From positions 10,331 through 74,330 of the IMG/VR virus record IMGVR_UViG_2671180604_000001: DNA of 64,000 bases; one strand, given 5' to 3'. The notes below the pieces were generated by a model. It saw nothing but the letters and a program-made list of their open reading frames with translations. It was not told the DNA's origin and did not search any database. The position numbers were made by a program, and so were the translations under genes. This DNA is from a virus (Duplodnaviria > Caudoviricetes). Of this stretch, positions 10,708-19,779 are shown in pieces (positions within the stretch are counted from its first letter, which is position 1; each line of letters opens with the position of its first letter).

Positions 10708-10776
10708 ATAGGCAATAAATTATTGGCTCATGCAATATCAGGTGGATTGGGTATGGGGGGGAAATGGAATGGTTAA
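10708..10776 (+). pseudogene. Orphan remnant of the tape-measure gene 3' end
   Basis: Translates IGNKLLAHAISGGLGMGGKWNG* versus VSNRLLAHAITGGLGMGDKWNV* at 10260-10328 (16/22 identical). Confidence 0.85.
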
Positions 10777-11062
10777 AAAAATAATATTTGCAGCAGTAAT
10801 TGTTTCACCAATAATTGCAGTACATGCAGGATTTTTTCCATCTAAGGATATCCAAAAGCTCATTGAAAAAGCAGAGATTCTAAATGATAAGTGTCGTGGC
10901 GGATCTGGTGATGATCCTAAAACTATGAAAGCGTGTGAGGAACGTGATAATTTGATTCTAAAAATTGAATCAAAGGGTTATTGTTGGGGTTCTATGAACA
11001 AAAATGTTTCCACTAATTTATATACCTGGATTCCTTGCAAGAAAGATGTCACAAGGAAATAA
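10769..11062 (+). CDS. Small secreted Cys-containing protein, putative orphan inhibitor/immunity protein
   Basis: Signal peptide MVKKIIFAAVIVSPIIAVHA, 4 Cys; start overlaps the remnant stop as lprI overlaps the tape-measure stop. Confidence 0.65.
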   Translation: MVKKIIFAAVIVSPIIAVHAGFFPSKDIQKLIEKAEILNDKCRGGSGDDPKTMKACEERDNLILKIESKGYCWGSMNKNVSTNLYTWIPCKKDVTRK

Positions 11063-11289
11063 AATATAACTTTAAGAGAGTTAATATCAATTTAAACTTT
11101 AAAAAAATTCATTTTGAAAAGTCTGTTAGATGCTTTTTTTAGAAAGTTTAGGAAAATTATTAAATATTATATAAGTACACTTTTTGAGATGAAATTAATA
11201 GAAATTCTATGAGGAATTTATAATTTATATAGACATATTTTAATGTTTTTAATAAAGTAGCGCATTACTTTCTGTAGCCCTTTGAGTTT

Positions 11290-12063
11290 ATGAAAAATTT
11301 TTATGCTTTCTTGGGGATGTCAATTGCATTAATTATTGAGCTTATCTTGATGACTATACTTGTTAAAAAAATACATCCTAAGTTTTCTATTCCTTTGATT
11401 GGATTAATCACTATTTTAATCTTAATAGCGCTTTCATTTTACTTTCCAAAACATGACTTTGTTGATAACTATCTCACGGTCAATGGTGCCGTTTTTACAA
11501 TGATTGGAGCTGTGTTTACAGTAATAAATACAATTATCGTGATTTATCTAATGATTTGGCTACATAAAAAAGATTCATCATTAGCTTTGATGTCACACTT
11601 TCATGAGTTACAAAAAGAATTGATTATCATTAATAAATTTTTTAAAAGTGAGTTGGAATACTTTGAAACCAAACAATCTGATCTATCAGAAAACCTATAT
11701 TTTATGAGCCATGAAGAAAGTGATCCAGAACATAAAGAATTATATCAACTTGAAATTAGTAATTTAAATACAGTAATTAAAAGTTACAAAGAAGTTTTTA
11801 CTCTGTTTATAGATTTTAGAGATAAATTAAAGTTAATCAAAGATGTTAACTTAACCAAAGTTCAGAAGCTTTCTACTGTTGTTAATTTACTTAATGAAAT
11901 TTTTGCCTTAAAAAGTCCTGAGGCTAGTTATAAAAAGAGTTATTCAGAAGGTGCTGATCTTGATGCAGATCCAAAAGAACAAATTAATGCAGCAAAAGAA
12001 TCAAGTTTGACTATTATAGGTGAATTGAACAATGTTTTTGAAGTAACAGTTGAGACTACATAA
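11290..12063 (+). CDS. Hypothetical membrane protein (3 TM + coiled coil)
   Basis: 257-aa AT-rich ORF. Confidence 0.7.
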   Translation: MKNFYAFLGMSIALIIELILMTILVKKIHPKFSIPLIGLITILILIALSFYFPKHDFVDNYLTVNGAVFTMIGAVFTVINTIIVIYLMIWLHKKDSSLALMSHFHELQKELIIINKFFKSELEYFETKQSDLSENLYFMSHEESDPEHKELYQLEISNLNTVIKSYKEVFTLFIDFRDKLKLIKDVNLTKVQKLSTVVNLLNEIFALKSPEASYKKSYSEGADLDADPKEQINAAKESSLTIIGELNNVFEVTVETT

Positions 12064-12103
12064 CTGAAGAATATTTACTTAATATTTTAATTTGGGGGGA
12101 TAT

Positions 12104-12721
12104 ATGGAAGAAGAACAAAAAGTTGATTCAGACAAATTTGAGTTTCTTTACGACTACAAGTGCTTACATTTGAGTATATTGAGAGATGATTACAAGGAGT
12201 TAGAAAATAAAGCAACTAAATACTTAACTTTTATTACTTTTGTATTGACAATTGTAACCTTTTTATTTCGTTCATATATCATAGAGCCGGATACCACCAA
12301 AGGGATATTATATTACTTATCGTTAGCCCTATTATTTATATACGTTATTTCTGTTTTTCCACCTTTGCGACAGTTGTTCTTATGCATAAAAATAAGTAAG
12401 TTAGGTGATTTACCTGTTGATGGAGTAAGGCAATACTTTCTCGATCATTCAAAGGAAACCGTCTATTTAGGAATGTCAGATAGATTGGACCAAATTATAG
12501 ATATATATAAGAAAATTAATTTGGAAAAAGCAGGTTATTTGAAAAATGCATTCAAAGAGATCAAAACCTGTTCAATCATATTTTTATTATTTATAATTAC
12601 TTTTTTTTTAAACATACTCATAAATCATCCTGATGAAACCAAAAACTCAGACCGAGACTCAGAAACCACCCAAAGAACCACAACCACAACCGCCTTATCA
12701 CCCAGCTCCAGAGATAGGTAA
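12104..12721 (+). CDS. 3-TM membrane protein resembling Pycsar-effector-type domains
   Basis: LENKATKYL-TM-TM...N..K...L..A-TM topology. Confidence 0.5.
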   Translation: MEEEQKVDSDKFEFLYDYKCLHLSILRDDYKELENKATKYLTFITFVLTIVTFLFRSYIIEPDTTKGILYYLSLALLFIYVISVFPPLRQLFLCIKISKLGDLPVDGVRQYFLDHSKETVYLGMSDRLDQIIDIYKKINLEKAGYLKNAFKEIKTCSIIFLLFIITFFLNILINHPDETKNSDRDSETTQRTTTTTALSPSSRDR

Positions 12722-12779
12722 AAGGGTAGGTAGTTTAGATAAACCAAGAGATAAAGGTATTAGAAATGAATACAAATAA
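12633..12779 (+). CDS. Putative 48-aa proline-rich peptide (not in ORF track)
   Basis: MKPKTQTETQKPPKEPQPQPPYHPAPEIGKRVGSLDKPRDKGIRNEYK*. Confidence 0.35.
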   Translation: MKPKTQTETQKPPKEPQPQPPYHPAPEIGKRVGSLDKPRDKGIRNEYK

Positions 12780-12852
12780 CCCCAAACCACCAGCTCCGCC
12801 AGAAGTACCTGCACCAAATATTTCTTACGAAGAAAAAAGTGTAAAGCGCTAA
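12766..12852 (+). CDS. Putative 28-aa proline-rich peptide (not in ORF track)
   Basis: MNTNNPKPPAPPEVPAPNISYEEKSVKR*, AAAGG upstream. Confidence 0.4.
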   Translation: MNTNNPKPPAPPEVPAPNISYEEKSVKR

Positions 12853-12863
12853 TTTCCTTTCAT

Positions 12864-12889
12864 ACAAAGTCTTGTATACAAGACTTTGT
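12864..12889. terminator. Perfect 26-bp palindrome (terminator or operator)
   Basis: ACAAAGTCTTGTATACAAGACTTTGT. Confidence 0.55.
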
Positions 12890-12941
12890 TTATTCTCAAT
12901 TTTAATAGTATCAATTTTACAAAAATATTTCGAATATCTTT

Positions 12942-13280
12942 ATGAAAACAAAAATCTTACTTCTAACCATTCTTACTACTGGTCTTGTTGGTTGTGATAA
13001 ACAACCTGAACCGAAGCCAACTAAGAGTGAAATACAATCACAATATGATGTTGCTGATCAAAAAATCGAAAAGTTCCTTGATGTGTTAGATGATCCTAAT
13101 GCTGATAAAGAACAGCAGACAAAGATACTTTGTGAGGACTATCCTAAAGTATATGAATTGGATTACATGCCAGCTTTATTGAAAATTTCTCCTCAAGATT
13201 ATACAAAGGAAAAACTACTATCTGATTTCAAAGTGGCATCCGATTATTACAAAGAAAAGTTAGGGATTAAATGTAGCTAA
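12942..13280 (+). CDS. Lipoprotein
   Basis: Signal peptide with lipobox LVGC. Confidence 0.8.
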   Translation: MKTKILLLTILTTGLVGCDKQPEPKPTKSEIQSQYDVADQKIEKFLDVLDDPNADKEQQTKILCEDYPKVYELDYMPALLKISPQDYTKEKLLSDFKVASDYYKEKLGIKCS

Positions 13281-13302
13281 AGTATGAAAGGATGATAACT
13301 TC

Positions 13303-13560
13303 ATGAAGTTAAGTAAAAATTGTCAATTAGATATTAGTAATCATAAAACTCAAAATTTAAGCGAGTTATTGGATGGATATAAAAGATATTTAGAAGAGTT
13401 CAAATTTAAGAACACTTATCTAAAGCAACTTATGTATGTCAGAAAAAATATACCGCAGGTTTATTATTCCTTGTATGACGTGAAAAATGAAAGTGAGTTG
13501 ATTAATAAATTTGTTCAATTGTATGAAGCACACGAGAACTTAGGGGATGAACTGATTTAA
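13303..13560 (+). CDS. Hypothetical protein
   Basis: 85-aa ORF with AAGGA RBS. Confidence 0.55.
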   Translation: MKLSKNCQLDISNHKTQNLSELLDGYKRYLEEFKFKNTYLKQLMYVRKNIPQVYYSLYDVKNESELINKFVQLYEAHENLGDELI

Positions 13561-13566
13561 GTTGGA
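13544..13566 (+). repeat. 23-bp direct repeat, copy 1
   Basis: GGGATGAACTGATTTAAGTTGGA, identical at 16944-16966. Confidence 0.9.
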
Positions 13567-13680
13567 TAATATTCAATATTAATTAAATATAATTCAGCAT
13601 AATGATACATCTACTTAAGTAGAAAAAATTAAAAATACTATTGAGTTTTTTACTCCAAATGTTCTTCTCGTATTTATAAA

Positions 13681-14637
13681 CTAATCTATGTTTAAAAAAA
13701 CTTTAACAGGTGCAACAGACTTTAAAGGATCCTCCTCTTGCGGAACATGCCCCAAATTTTCAAATTTCACAAGTTGACTTTCATTAATGTCTTTGTGGAA
13801 TTGATCTGCATACGCAACTGGGATCAAATTATCCTTTTCTCCCCAAAGAATTAAAGTAGGTTGGTTAATCAATTTAATCAGTTTGGAGTCTTTACTGCTA
13901 TTAGGTATTTGTTTAAAGCGTTGTATCAATGCATGACGATTCCCAGCACGCAATGTAAGGTCATAATAACGATCTACTAATTCAACAGTAACTTTATTCG
14001 GATCAGCGTAAACATTTCGTACGCTAGATTCAACCATCTTACGTGGCAAGGTGTACTCCATTATTTTGTTCAATAATGGGATTTTGGCAATTCTAAAACC
14101 AATTGGCATCGACTTAGAATTATCAGGATATCCTACCGCATCTACTAAAATGAGCTTATTTATTCGTAATGGTTGTTTAAGAGCCGTATGCCACGCTAAT
14201 GCTCCTCCGAATGAATTTCCTACTAATACGTATTGTTGAATTTCCATAATATCCAAAAATTCTTCTAAAAATTCGACATAGTGATCCATTGTATAATTGT
14301 CATCGGGAAATGGACCTGTGAGTCCAAAACCAGGTAAATCCAAGCGAATGATCCGCCGTTGATGTTTGAGATTTTGAGTCCAACCTTCCCAAGTGTGTAG
14401 GCTAGAAGATGTTCCATGCAATAACACAATGGGATTCGGATCGTCACGAGGACCTTCATCACGGAAGTGTACATTCATTTTATCTACCATGACGAAATTT
14501 GATGGAGGGGTTCCCCATTTTGATTTTAGGTCGGTTAATGGTATGTCACTCGTACAACCCGTCATTGTAATAATTAGAACCATTGAGAGCATCATAGTAA
14601 TACCCGATCCGAAATAGTATCGTTTGAGTGCTTGCAT
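13681..14637 (-). CDS. Alpha/beta hydrolase, probable lipoprotein
   Basis: LLHG, DLPGFG, GNSFGG nucleophile elbow, GHVPQEE; TMTGC lipobox-like sequence. Confidence 0.9.
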   Translation of the reverse strand: MQALKRYYFGSGITMMLSMVLIITMTGCTSDIPLTDLKSKWGTPPSNFVMVDKMNVHFRDEGPRDDPNPIVLLHGTSSSLHTWEGWTQNLKHQRRIIRLDLPGFGLTGPFPDDNYTMDHYVEFLEEFLDIMEIQQYVLVGNSFGGALAWHTALKQPLRINKLILVDAVGYPDNSKSMPIGFRIAKIPLLNKIMEYTLPRKMVESSVRNVYADPNKVTVELVDRYYDLTLRAGNRHALIQRFKQIPNSSKDSKLIKLINQPTLILWGEKDNLIPVAYADQFHKDINESQLVKFENLGHVPQEEDPLKSVAPVKVFLNID

Positions 14638-14679
14638 GACTATACTCCGTGTGATTTAGGTGAAATTAACTAGGTTGGT

Positions 14680-15492
14680 TTAATTCATTTGATTAGCTCG
14701 ATGACTAATGGAAAACTTACGCGCGATTTTAGTTGCACCTGTCAATTTTTGAGCTAAAAAGTTCATAGTTGGCGAGAAGTACGCTAGATGTATCCCCAAA
14801 TCGAGAATAAAGCTCATTACATTAACAGATGCTAGATTTTTTTTGATAGCTCGAACAACCGCTAGAGCTACTTCATTTGAGGTGCTGCTAGGTGTACCAA
14901 ATGGTAAAATGACACCACTATCGGCAATCATGCCTGCATCACGAATAGGTCCTGGATAGATGGTGGATACGCCCACACCAGTTCCATGTAAATCCATTCG
15001 AATACAATCAGCAAATCCGCGTAAACCATATTTGCTAGAACTATATAAAGATGACAATGAAGAAGGCATTTTCCCTGAGATTGAACTAACAAAAAGTAAA
15101 TGTCCATGTCCACGTTCAACCATTTGTGGCATCAATCCTCTTGCTAATAAAATAGGTGCTCTTAAATTAACAGTCAGGCAATTATCAATTTCTTGCTTTG
15201 AACAAGCTGTAATATCGTCGATACCAGGTAAGCCTGCATTGGCAATTAGAATGTCTACTTTACCCACTTCAGATAAAAGTCTTTCTAAATCTTCATCGCA
15301 ACTTAAATCAGCAGCAATGAAAGATACGTCGTCAGCTGTACCACCTAGTTCCTTAGCAAATTGGGATAAGTTGGTTGTATTTCGACCACTTAAGATCAGT
15401 TGTGCTCCTTGAATCTTTAATTCGCGTGCGATCGCCATTCCAATCCCACCTGTAGCTCCAGTAAGTAATACTCGTTTACCATTAATATCCAT
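14680..15492 (-). CDS. Short-chain dehydrogenase/reductase
   Basis: TGATGGIG, ANAG, YSSSK motifs. Confidence 0.92.
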   Translation of the reverse strand: MDINGKRVLLTGATGGIGMAIARELKIQGAQLILSGRNTTNLSQFAKELGGTADDVSFIAADLSCDEDLERLLSEVGKVDILIANAGLPGIDDITACSKQEIDNCLTVNLRAPILLARGLMPQMVERGHGHLLFVSSISGKMPSSLSSLYSSSKYGLRGFADCIRMDLHGTGVGVSTIYPGPIRDAGMIADSGVILPFGTPSSTSNEVALAVVRAIKKNLASVNVMSFILDLGIHLAYFSPTMNFLAQKLTGATKIARKFSISHRANQMN

Positions 15493-15812
15493 ATATGACT
15501 CCTACGTGTTCATATTTCGGGTTGTGCTAAAAATTATTATTTACCTTCGTCTTTTTAATCGTTGAATTCTCAAGAATGTTTGTCAGATCAAGAAAATTCA
15601 AGAAAGGAATTATCTTTAATCTTATGAATCTTAGAATTGATTCAATAGTGATGGCGATAAGTCTCATTTCTTTAGATAGATACTCTAGGAATAAATTAAA
15701 CGAGTCGTTAGAATGTCAAACAGCGTAAAAGTTGTATTGTTCTAAAATGCATTTTGATTGTGATTTCACGCAAAGGTGTTAGGAAATTAAAACTCAAATT
15801 AGTAAAGGAAGT

Positions 15813-16799
15813 GTGAGCTCAGTCTATGTAAGAGCTTTGCTGGACTATCTGATAAATATTGGAATTGATCCAAAAAATCTTTTTGATAATGATCTCATCT
15901 CAGCCATCCATGCTCAAGATCGACGTATTTCTATTCCTGATTGGCAAAGGATGTTTGAAAAATCGATTGCGTTTACTAATGATTCGAATCTCCCGCTTAA
16001 AGTTGCTGAAATTCAAGAACCACGTTATTTAGGTATGCTTGGATTTGCCGCTATGAGTAGCCGAACACTCGGAGATGCAATTTCGATACTTGTCCGATTT
16101 GAACAATTGGTAGATGATGTTAATAGCGTACATTTAGTTGAAAAAAATCACCTTATAGAACTGCATTGGATACCACTATCTGCATCCTCACCGATTTTTA
16201 TGCAACTTTCTTTAGCTTGCTGGATAATTTTAGCCAGAATATTAACCAAACAGCCTACACTAGAGTGTGAAGCACATTTTAGCTTTAAAAAACCATTGAA
16301 TCTTGAAGCCTATTATAGAATATTTGGAGATGCAGTGAGTTTTGAAGCAGAATCAACAAAATTAGTTTTCGATAAATCTTGGTTGAATTTACCTATTACT
16401 CTTTTTGATTCAGTGACCAATCATTTGTTAATAGGTCAAGCTGAAGAAATGCTACGAACAAAGAATCAACCAGATTTTTTAAAAGACTTAAATCGCTATC
16501 TTTCTGCAAACCTAGCAACTAATCAGGTAACAATTTCCGAAGCTGCGAATGCTTTAAACCTTACCCCGCGAACACTGCAATTTAAACTACATGAACTAGG
16601 TTTAGGTTATAGAACACTCCTTGAAAAAATTCGACATGAACATGCAGAACGTTATCTCAAACATACGGATTTAACGTTAAATGAAATTTCTTTTTTATTA
16701 GGTTACTTAGAGCAAAGTTCTTTTCAAAATGCCTTTAAACGTTGGACTGGTAAATCTCCAGGAAGCTTTCGTAAAAGTTTTGAGATATTTAAGCAATAA
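15813..16799 (+). CDS. AraC-family transcriptional regulator
   Basis: C-terminal double HTH (ISFLLGY.EQSSF..AFKRWTG.SP); divergent from the SDR/hydrolase genes. Confidence 0.92.
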   Translation: MSSVYVRALLDYLINIGIDPKNLFDNDLISAIHAQDRRISIPDWQRMFEKSIAFTNDSNLPLKVAEIQEPRYLGMLGFAAMSSRTLGDAISILVRFEQLVDDVNSVHLVEKNHLIELHWIPLSASSPIFMQLSLACWIILARILTKQPTLECEAHFSFKKPLNLEAYYRIFGDAVSFEAESTKLVFDKSWLNLPITLFDSVTNHLLIGQAEEMLRTKNQPDFLKDLNRYLSANLATNQVTISEAANALNLTPRTLQFKLHELGLGYRTLLEKIRHEHAERYLKHTDLTLNEISFLLGYLEQSSFQNAFKRWTGKSPGSFRKSFEIFKQ

Positions 16800-16943
16800 T
16801 GAGAAAGGTACTTCTAATAAAATATCTAATGATATGAGTAAAATAAGTGAATAATATTGGCTATTCATAAATTCAATAAAAAGCTTTTAAAATTAAATAA
16901 GTTAGCATGTTAAATAGCCATTCTGAGCCAAATATGAAGTTAA

Positions 16944-16966
16944 GGGATGAACTGATTTAAGTTGGA
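16944..16966 (+). repeat. 23-bp direct repeat, copy 2
   Basis: Identical to 13544-13566; runs into the TGGAAC box. Confidence 0.9.
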
Positions 16967-17003
16967 ACAGCCATACTTAAAAGAGATTATATTACTTCAA
17001 AAT
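16963..17003 (+). promoter_or_regulatory. Putative late promoter
   Basis: TGGAAC-N30-AAAAT. Confidence 0.65.
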
Positions 17004-17031
17004 ATCCTTATAGAAACACAAGGCTTTTATT

Positions 17032-17547
17032 ATGGGTATTTTAAATTTAATAGCAATTACACCAGATTCGCCGTATATCAAAAAAATCAAATCAGCTTTG
17101 GAGAAGGCAACAGGTCAAAGCATTCCTTTGGTTGAAATTAAAAAGGTCCAACGTAAAGGCGGTGTAAGTATTGTACCTGTATTTTTAGTTTTTGCTGGTG
17201 GGCAAGAGCTAACACTTTTCGCTCGAGCAAGCGCGGATGTGTTTAAAGCTGAATTGAATGGAAAAGAGATCGTTTTACCAGGTGATTTTAGTGACGATTA
17301 TAAGCAGACTTTTGATAACGCCGTTTCAGGAATTGCAAAGTTGATTCGCGATTCACAAGCCAAAGTAGAGCAACAAAACCAAAAAGGAAAGGTTAAATTG
17401 CCACCACGAAAAAATCGTAGTATCCAACAGCAAATCAGTGATAAGCGCGAAGAAGAAACACTACTCGATCTAGAGCTTTCGAATCTGACAGCACAACGAG
17501 ACCAGCTTCTTGAACAACTAAAACAAGCACAGACGAATGCAGCGTAA
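17032..17547 (+). CDS. Hdf-like / DarA N-terminal-domain head protein
   Basis: Resembles the central domain of 45130-47031 (K..R..GV...V...F..GQ..T); C-terminal coiled coil. Confidence 0.65.
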   Translation: MGILNLIAITPDSPYIKKIKSALEKATGQSIPLVEIKKVQRKGGVSIVPVFLVFAGGQELTLFARASADVFKAELNGKEIVLPGDFSDDYKQTFDNAVSGIAKLIRDSQAKVEQQNQKGKVKLPPRKNRSIQQQISDKREEETLLDLELSNLTAQRDQLLEQLKQAQTNAA

Positions 17548-17558
17548 TACTTAAAGAT

Positions 17559-17585
17559 AAAAAGACTACTTCGGTAGTCTTTTTT
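17559..17585 (+). terminator. Rho-independent terminator
   Basis: AAAAAGACTAC-TTCG-GTAGTCTTTTTT. Confidence 0.85.
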
Positions 17586-17587
17586 AA

Positions 17588-17628
17588 TGGAACAAGAATA
17601 AAAAGTAACAGGTTCAAAGCAATAACCT
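17588..17628 (+). promoter_or_regulatory. Putative late promoter
   Basis: TGGAAC-N29-TAACCT. Confidence 0.5.
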
Positions 17629-17652
17629 TAGCTAATAGCTTTGGAGTTTGCC

Positions 17653-18018
17653 ATGTATCTTAACTATCAATCTGTTATCGTCGATATTTTCATTATTACT
17701 TCATTCATTTTGCACGTATATCTTGCATTTGGCAGTATTAAAACAATGTCTGGCCCTTTATCGGCTTTATTAAATAAGGGTGTAACGGATGTTATTTATA
17801 AGAAAGTAAAACGATTGATTTTTGGTTTGTCCTTTCTTTGTCTTTCCCTTACTTGTCTTGTTACTTGGCGAAGCTATGAATTGCTTTTATTCCTGAATGT
17901 GAATGGTTATGGACTTTATATTCTTTTAGCTACTTTTCTTCTGTATAGCTTTGCAATTTTAGCAGCTTTTACTTTCTGTAAATTGTTGCTGATGACAGCA
18001 CAAAGGTCAGGCTTATGA
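17653..18018 (+). CDS. 3-TM membrane protein
   Basis: Three hydrophobic segments; GGAG RBS. Confidence 0.7.
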   Translation: MYLNYQSVIVDIFIITSFILHVYLAFGSIKTMSGPLSALLNKGVTDVIYKKVKRLIFGLSFLCLSLTCLVTWRSYELLLFLNVNGYGLYILLATFLLYSFAILAAFTFCKLLLMTAQRSGL

Positions 18019-18353
18019 TTGATTCAAACAAGATCATGGCAATGCTTGCGCATTGGTTAGAGTCTGAGATCAATGGATATATAGGTTCAGATTATGGCCC
18101 AGACTTTAATAGCTTATTTTTGGCACCACTCAGCGCACCAGTGGCAAATACTTTCATTGAGAAGATGAAAAGCGATATTCCTATTCTAAAACAGTTAAGT
18201 GCAGATCAATTTCAGATATGGGCTCAAGATGAGGGTTTTGAGACCAAGATTATCTATTTAAGAATTGGTCAACAGATCGTAATTAATTTAAATGAAGTGC
18301 GCGATTTGCAATTAGCGCGAAATGGAGAAACCTTCGATGTTGACGCAAGCTGA
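18015..18353 (+). CDS. Baseplate protein, gp25/GpW-like
   Basis: Size, NGYIGSDYG motif, position before wedge genes. Confidence 0.55.
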   Translation: MIDSNKIMAMLAHWLESEINGYIGSDYGPDFNSLFLAPLSAPVANTFIEKMKSDIPILKQLSADQFQIWAQDEGFETKIIYLRIGQQIVINLNEVRDLQLARNGETFDVDAS

Positions 18354-19779
18354 TTTTGAAGCACGGCTAGTTGCTAATTTAGATGATTTTGAAATACTCG
18401 AACGTTATAACGCCCAAGATCCTATCGTCTTAAAATACTTACGTTCACTTGGAGCTTATTTAACATTATTTGGTCAAGAATTTGAAATATCTGAGTTAGA
18501 ACCATTCACAAAAACAAGAGATCGTTCCATTATCGCTGATGCTTCTAACAAGGGCATTTTACCTATTGGAATGCCTACACAGCATATTTTGGAAGTCATT
18601 AATCGATCTACAAATATTATTAGCTTAAGCCAAGGTCGCTTAATTGAGGACAATAGTGGAGGTCGCTATTGGAGATTATTGCAGTCTGTCACTGTTGCAG
18701 CTGGTTCAATGGCCGAAGTTTTAGTAGAGCAAAGTGAATACCGTGAGATTCAATATACTGTAACTAATACAGAGAATTTTCATCGCGTCGAACTTCAACT
18801 ACAAGATGATTTGGCATTAGCTGGATTAACAGTTCGGGATAACACGAACCAAGTTTATCAATTAAAAAAACGCTGGATGAATGTCGCACCTTTAGATTAC
18901 GCATTTAATCTCACTACAGATAGTTTGCGCCGTATATTTGTTGAGTTCGGGGATGATAATAGAGCTGGGCGAACAGCTGAAGCAAATCAGACTTTTACTT
19001 TTGGCATTCTTGAGACCTTTGGAGAGGTAGACATTTCACGTCTAAAAGATGCTTCATTAGTCGAAGTATTAACTACAGATGAAACCAAAGTATCAGTACG
19101 TTTTAAGCAGGGCGGTGTAGTTCGAAACGGTGCAGACCCTTTAAATATTTCTCAGTTAAAAGTCCTTTCGACTTATCCAGCACTCTACGATGAAGATGCC
19201 GTTTTTTTAGGGAATTTTGATCAAGCTGTAAGAAAAAAGTTTATGGCTCGTTGTCACTATATCGCGGTGTGGAATGAGAACGAACAAGATCGATATTACG
19301 GGGCAACATACCAGGATATAAACCATTTACATATCGCCGTAGTTGCAAAGGATATTGCTGAGCAAGCAAGCTTAGAACAAGAAATCATTCAGTACATTGG
19401 GCAAATTGATAATTTGTACAAAGATCGAGTCCGTGTACATGCGGTTGTTGAAAAACCTTTTGTCGTTACATTTAAAGGGAGCTTAGCAGCGGTACATGCC
19501 GTTGATGTGGTAAATGCTCAAATTAAAGAACTATTTTTAGAAAGATACGGAAAGACTCAGCTGAGTTCTAGTCGTTGGTTAGTCACTGGATTTAATTCGC
19601 AAGAAATATCAACGCAAGTAAGAAATAGAATTACAGCCTTTCAGGACAATATTAGTGACTTTTCGTTAATGGTTCCTAATGTGCTGAATAAACCGCATGA
19701 ATGGGTTTATATGTCACCAGATAGCATCACTATTAATTTAGAACGGTCCGCAGAAATGGGGGCAGCATGGATTCTATAA
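18337..19779 (+). CDS. Baseplate wedge protein (J/gp6-like)
   Basis: R.SIIA.A...G, IFVEFGD..RAG, GG..RNGADP motifs. Confidence 0.7.
   Translation: MLTQADFEARLVANLDDFEILERYNAQDPIVLKYLRSLGAYLTLFGQEFEISELEPFTKTRDRSIIADASNKGILPIGMPTQHILEVINRSTNIISLSQGRLIEDNSGGRYWRLLQSVTVAAGSMAEVLVEQSEYREIQYTVTNTENFHRVELQLQDDLALAGLTVRDNTNQVYQLKKRWMNVAPLDYAFNLTTDSLRRIFVEFGDDNRAGRTAEANQTFTFGILETFGEVDISRLKDASLVEVLTTDETKVSVRFKQGGVVRNGADPLNISQLKVLSTYPALYDEDAVFLGNFDQAVRKKFMARCHYIAVWNENEQDRYYGATYQDINHLHIAVVAKDIAEQASLEQEIIQYIGQIDNLYKDRVRVHAVVEKPFVVTFKGSLAAVHAVDVVNAQIKELFLERYGKTQLSSSRWLVTGFNSQEISTQVRNRITAFQDNISDFSLMVPNVLNKPHEWVYMSPDSITINLERSAEMGAAWIL

Noticed and set aside
13544-16966. 23-bp repeats as pdif (XerC/D) sites or IS target duplication
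   Set aside because: No match to the dif consensus, no terminal inverted repeats or transposase, and too long for a typical TSD.
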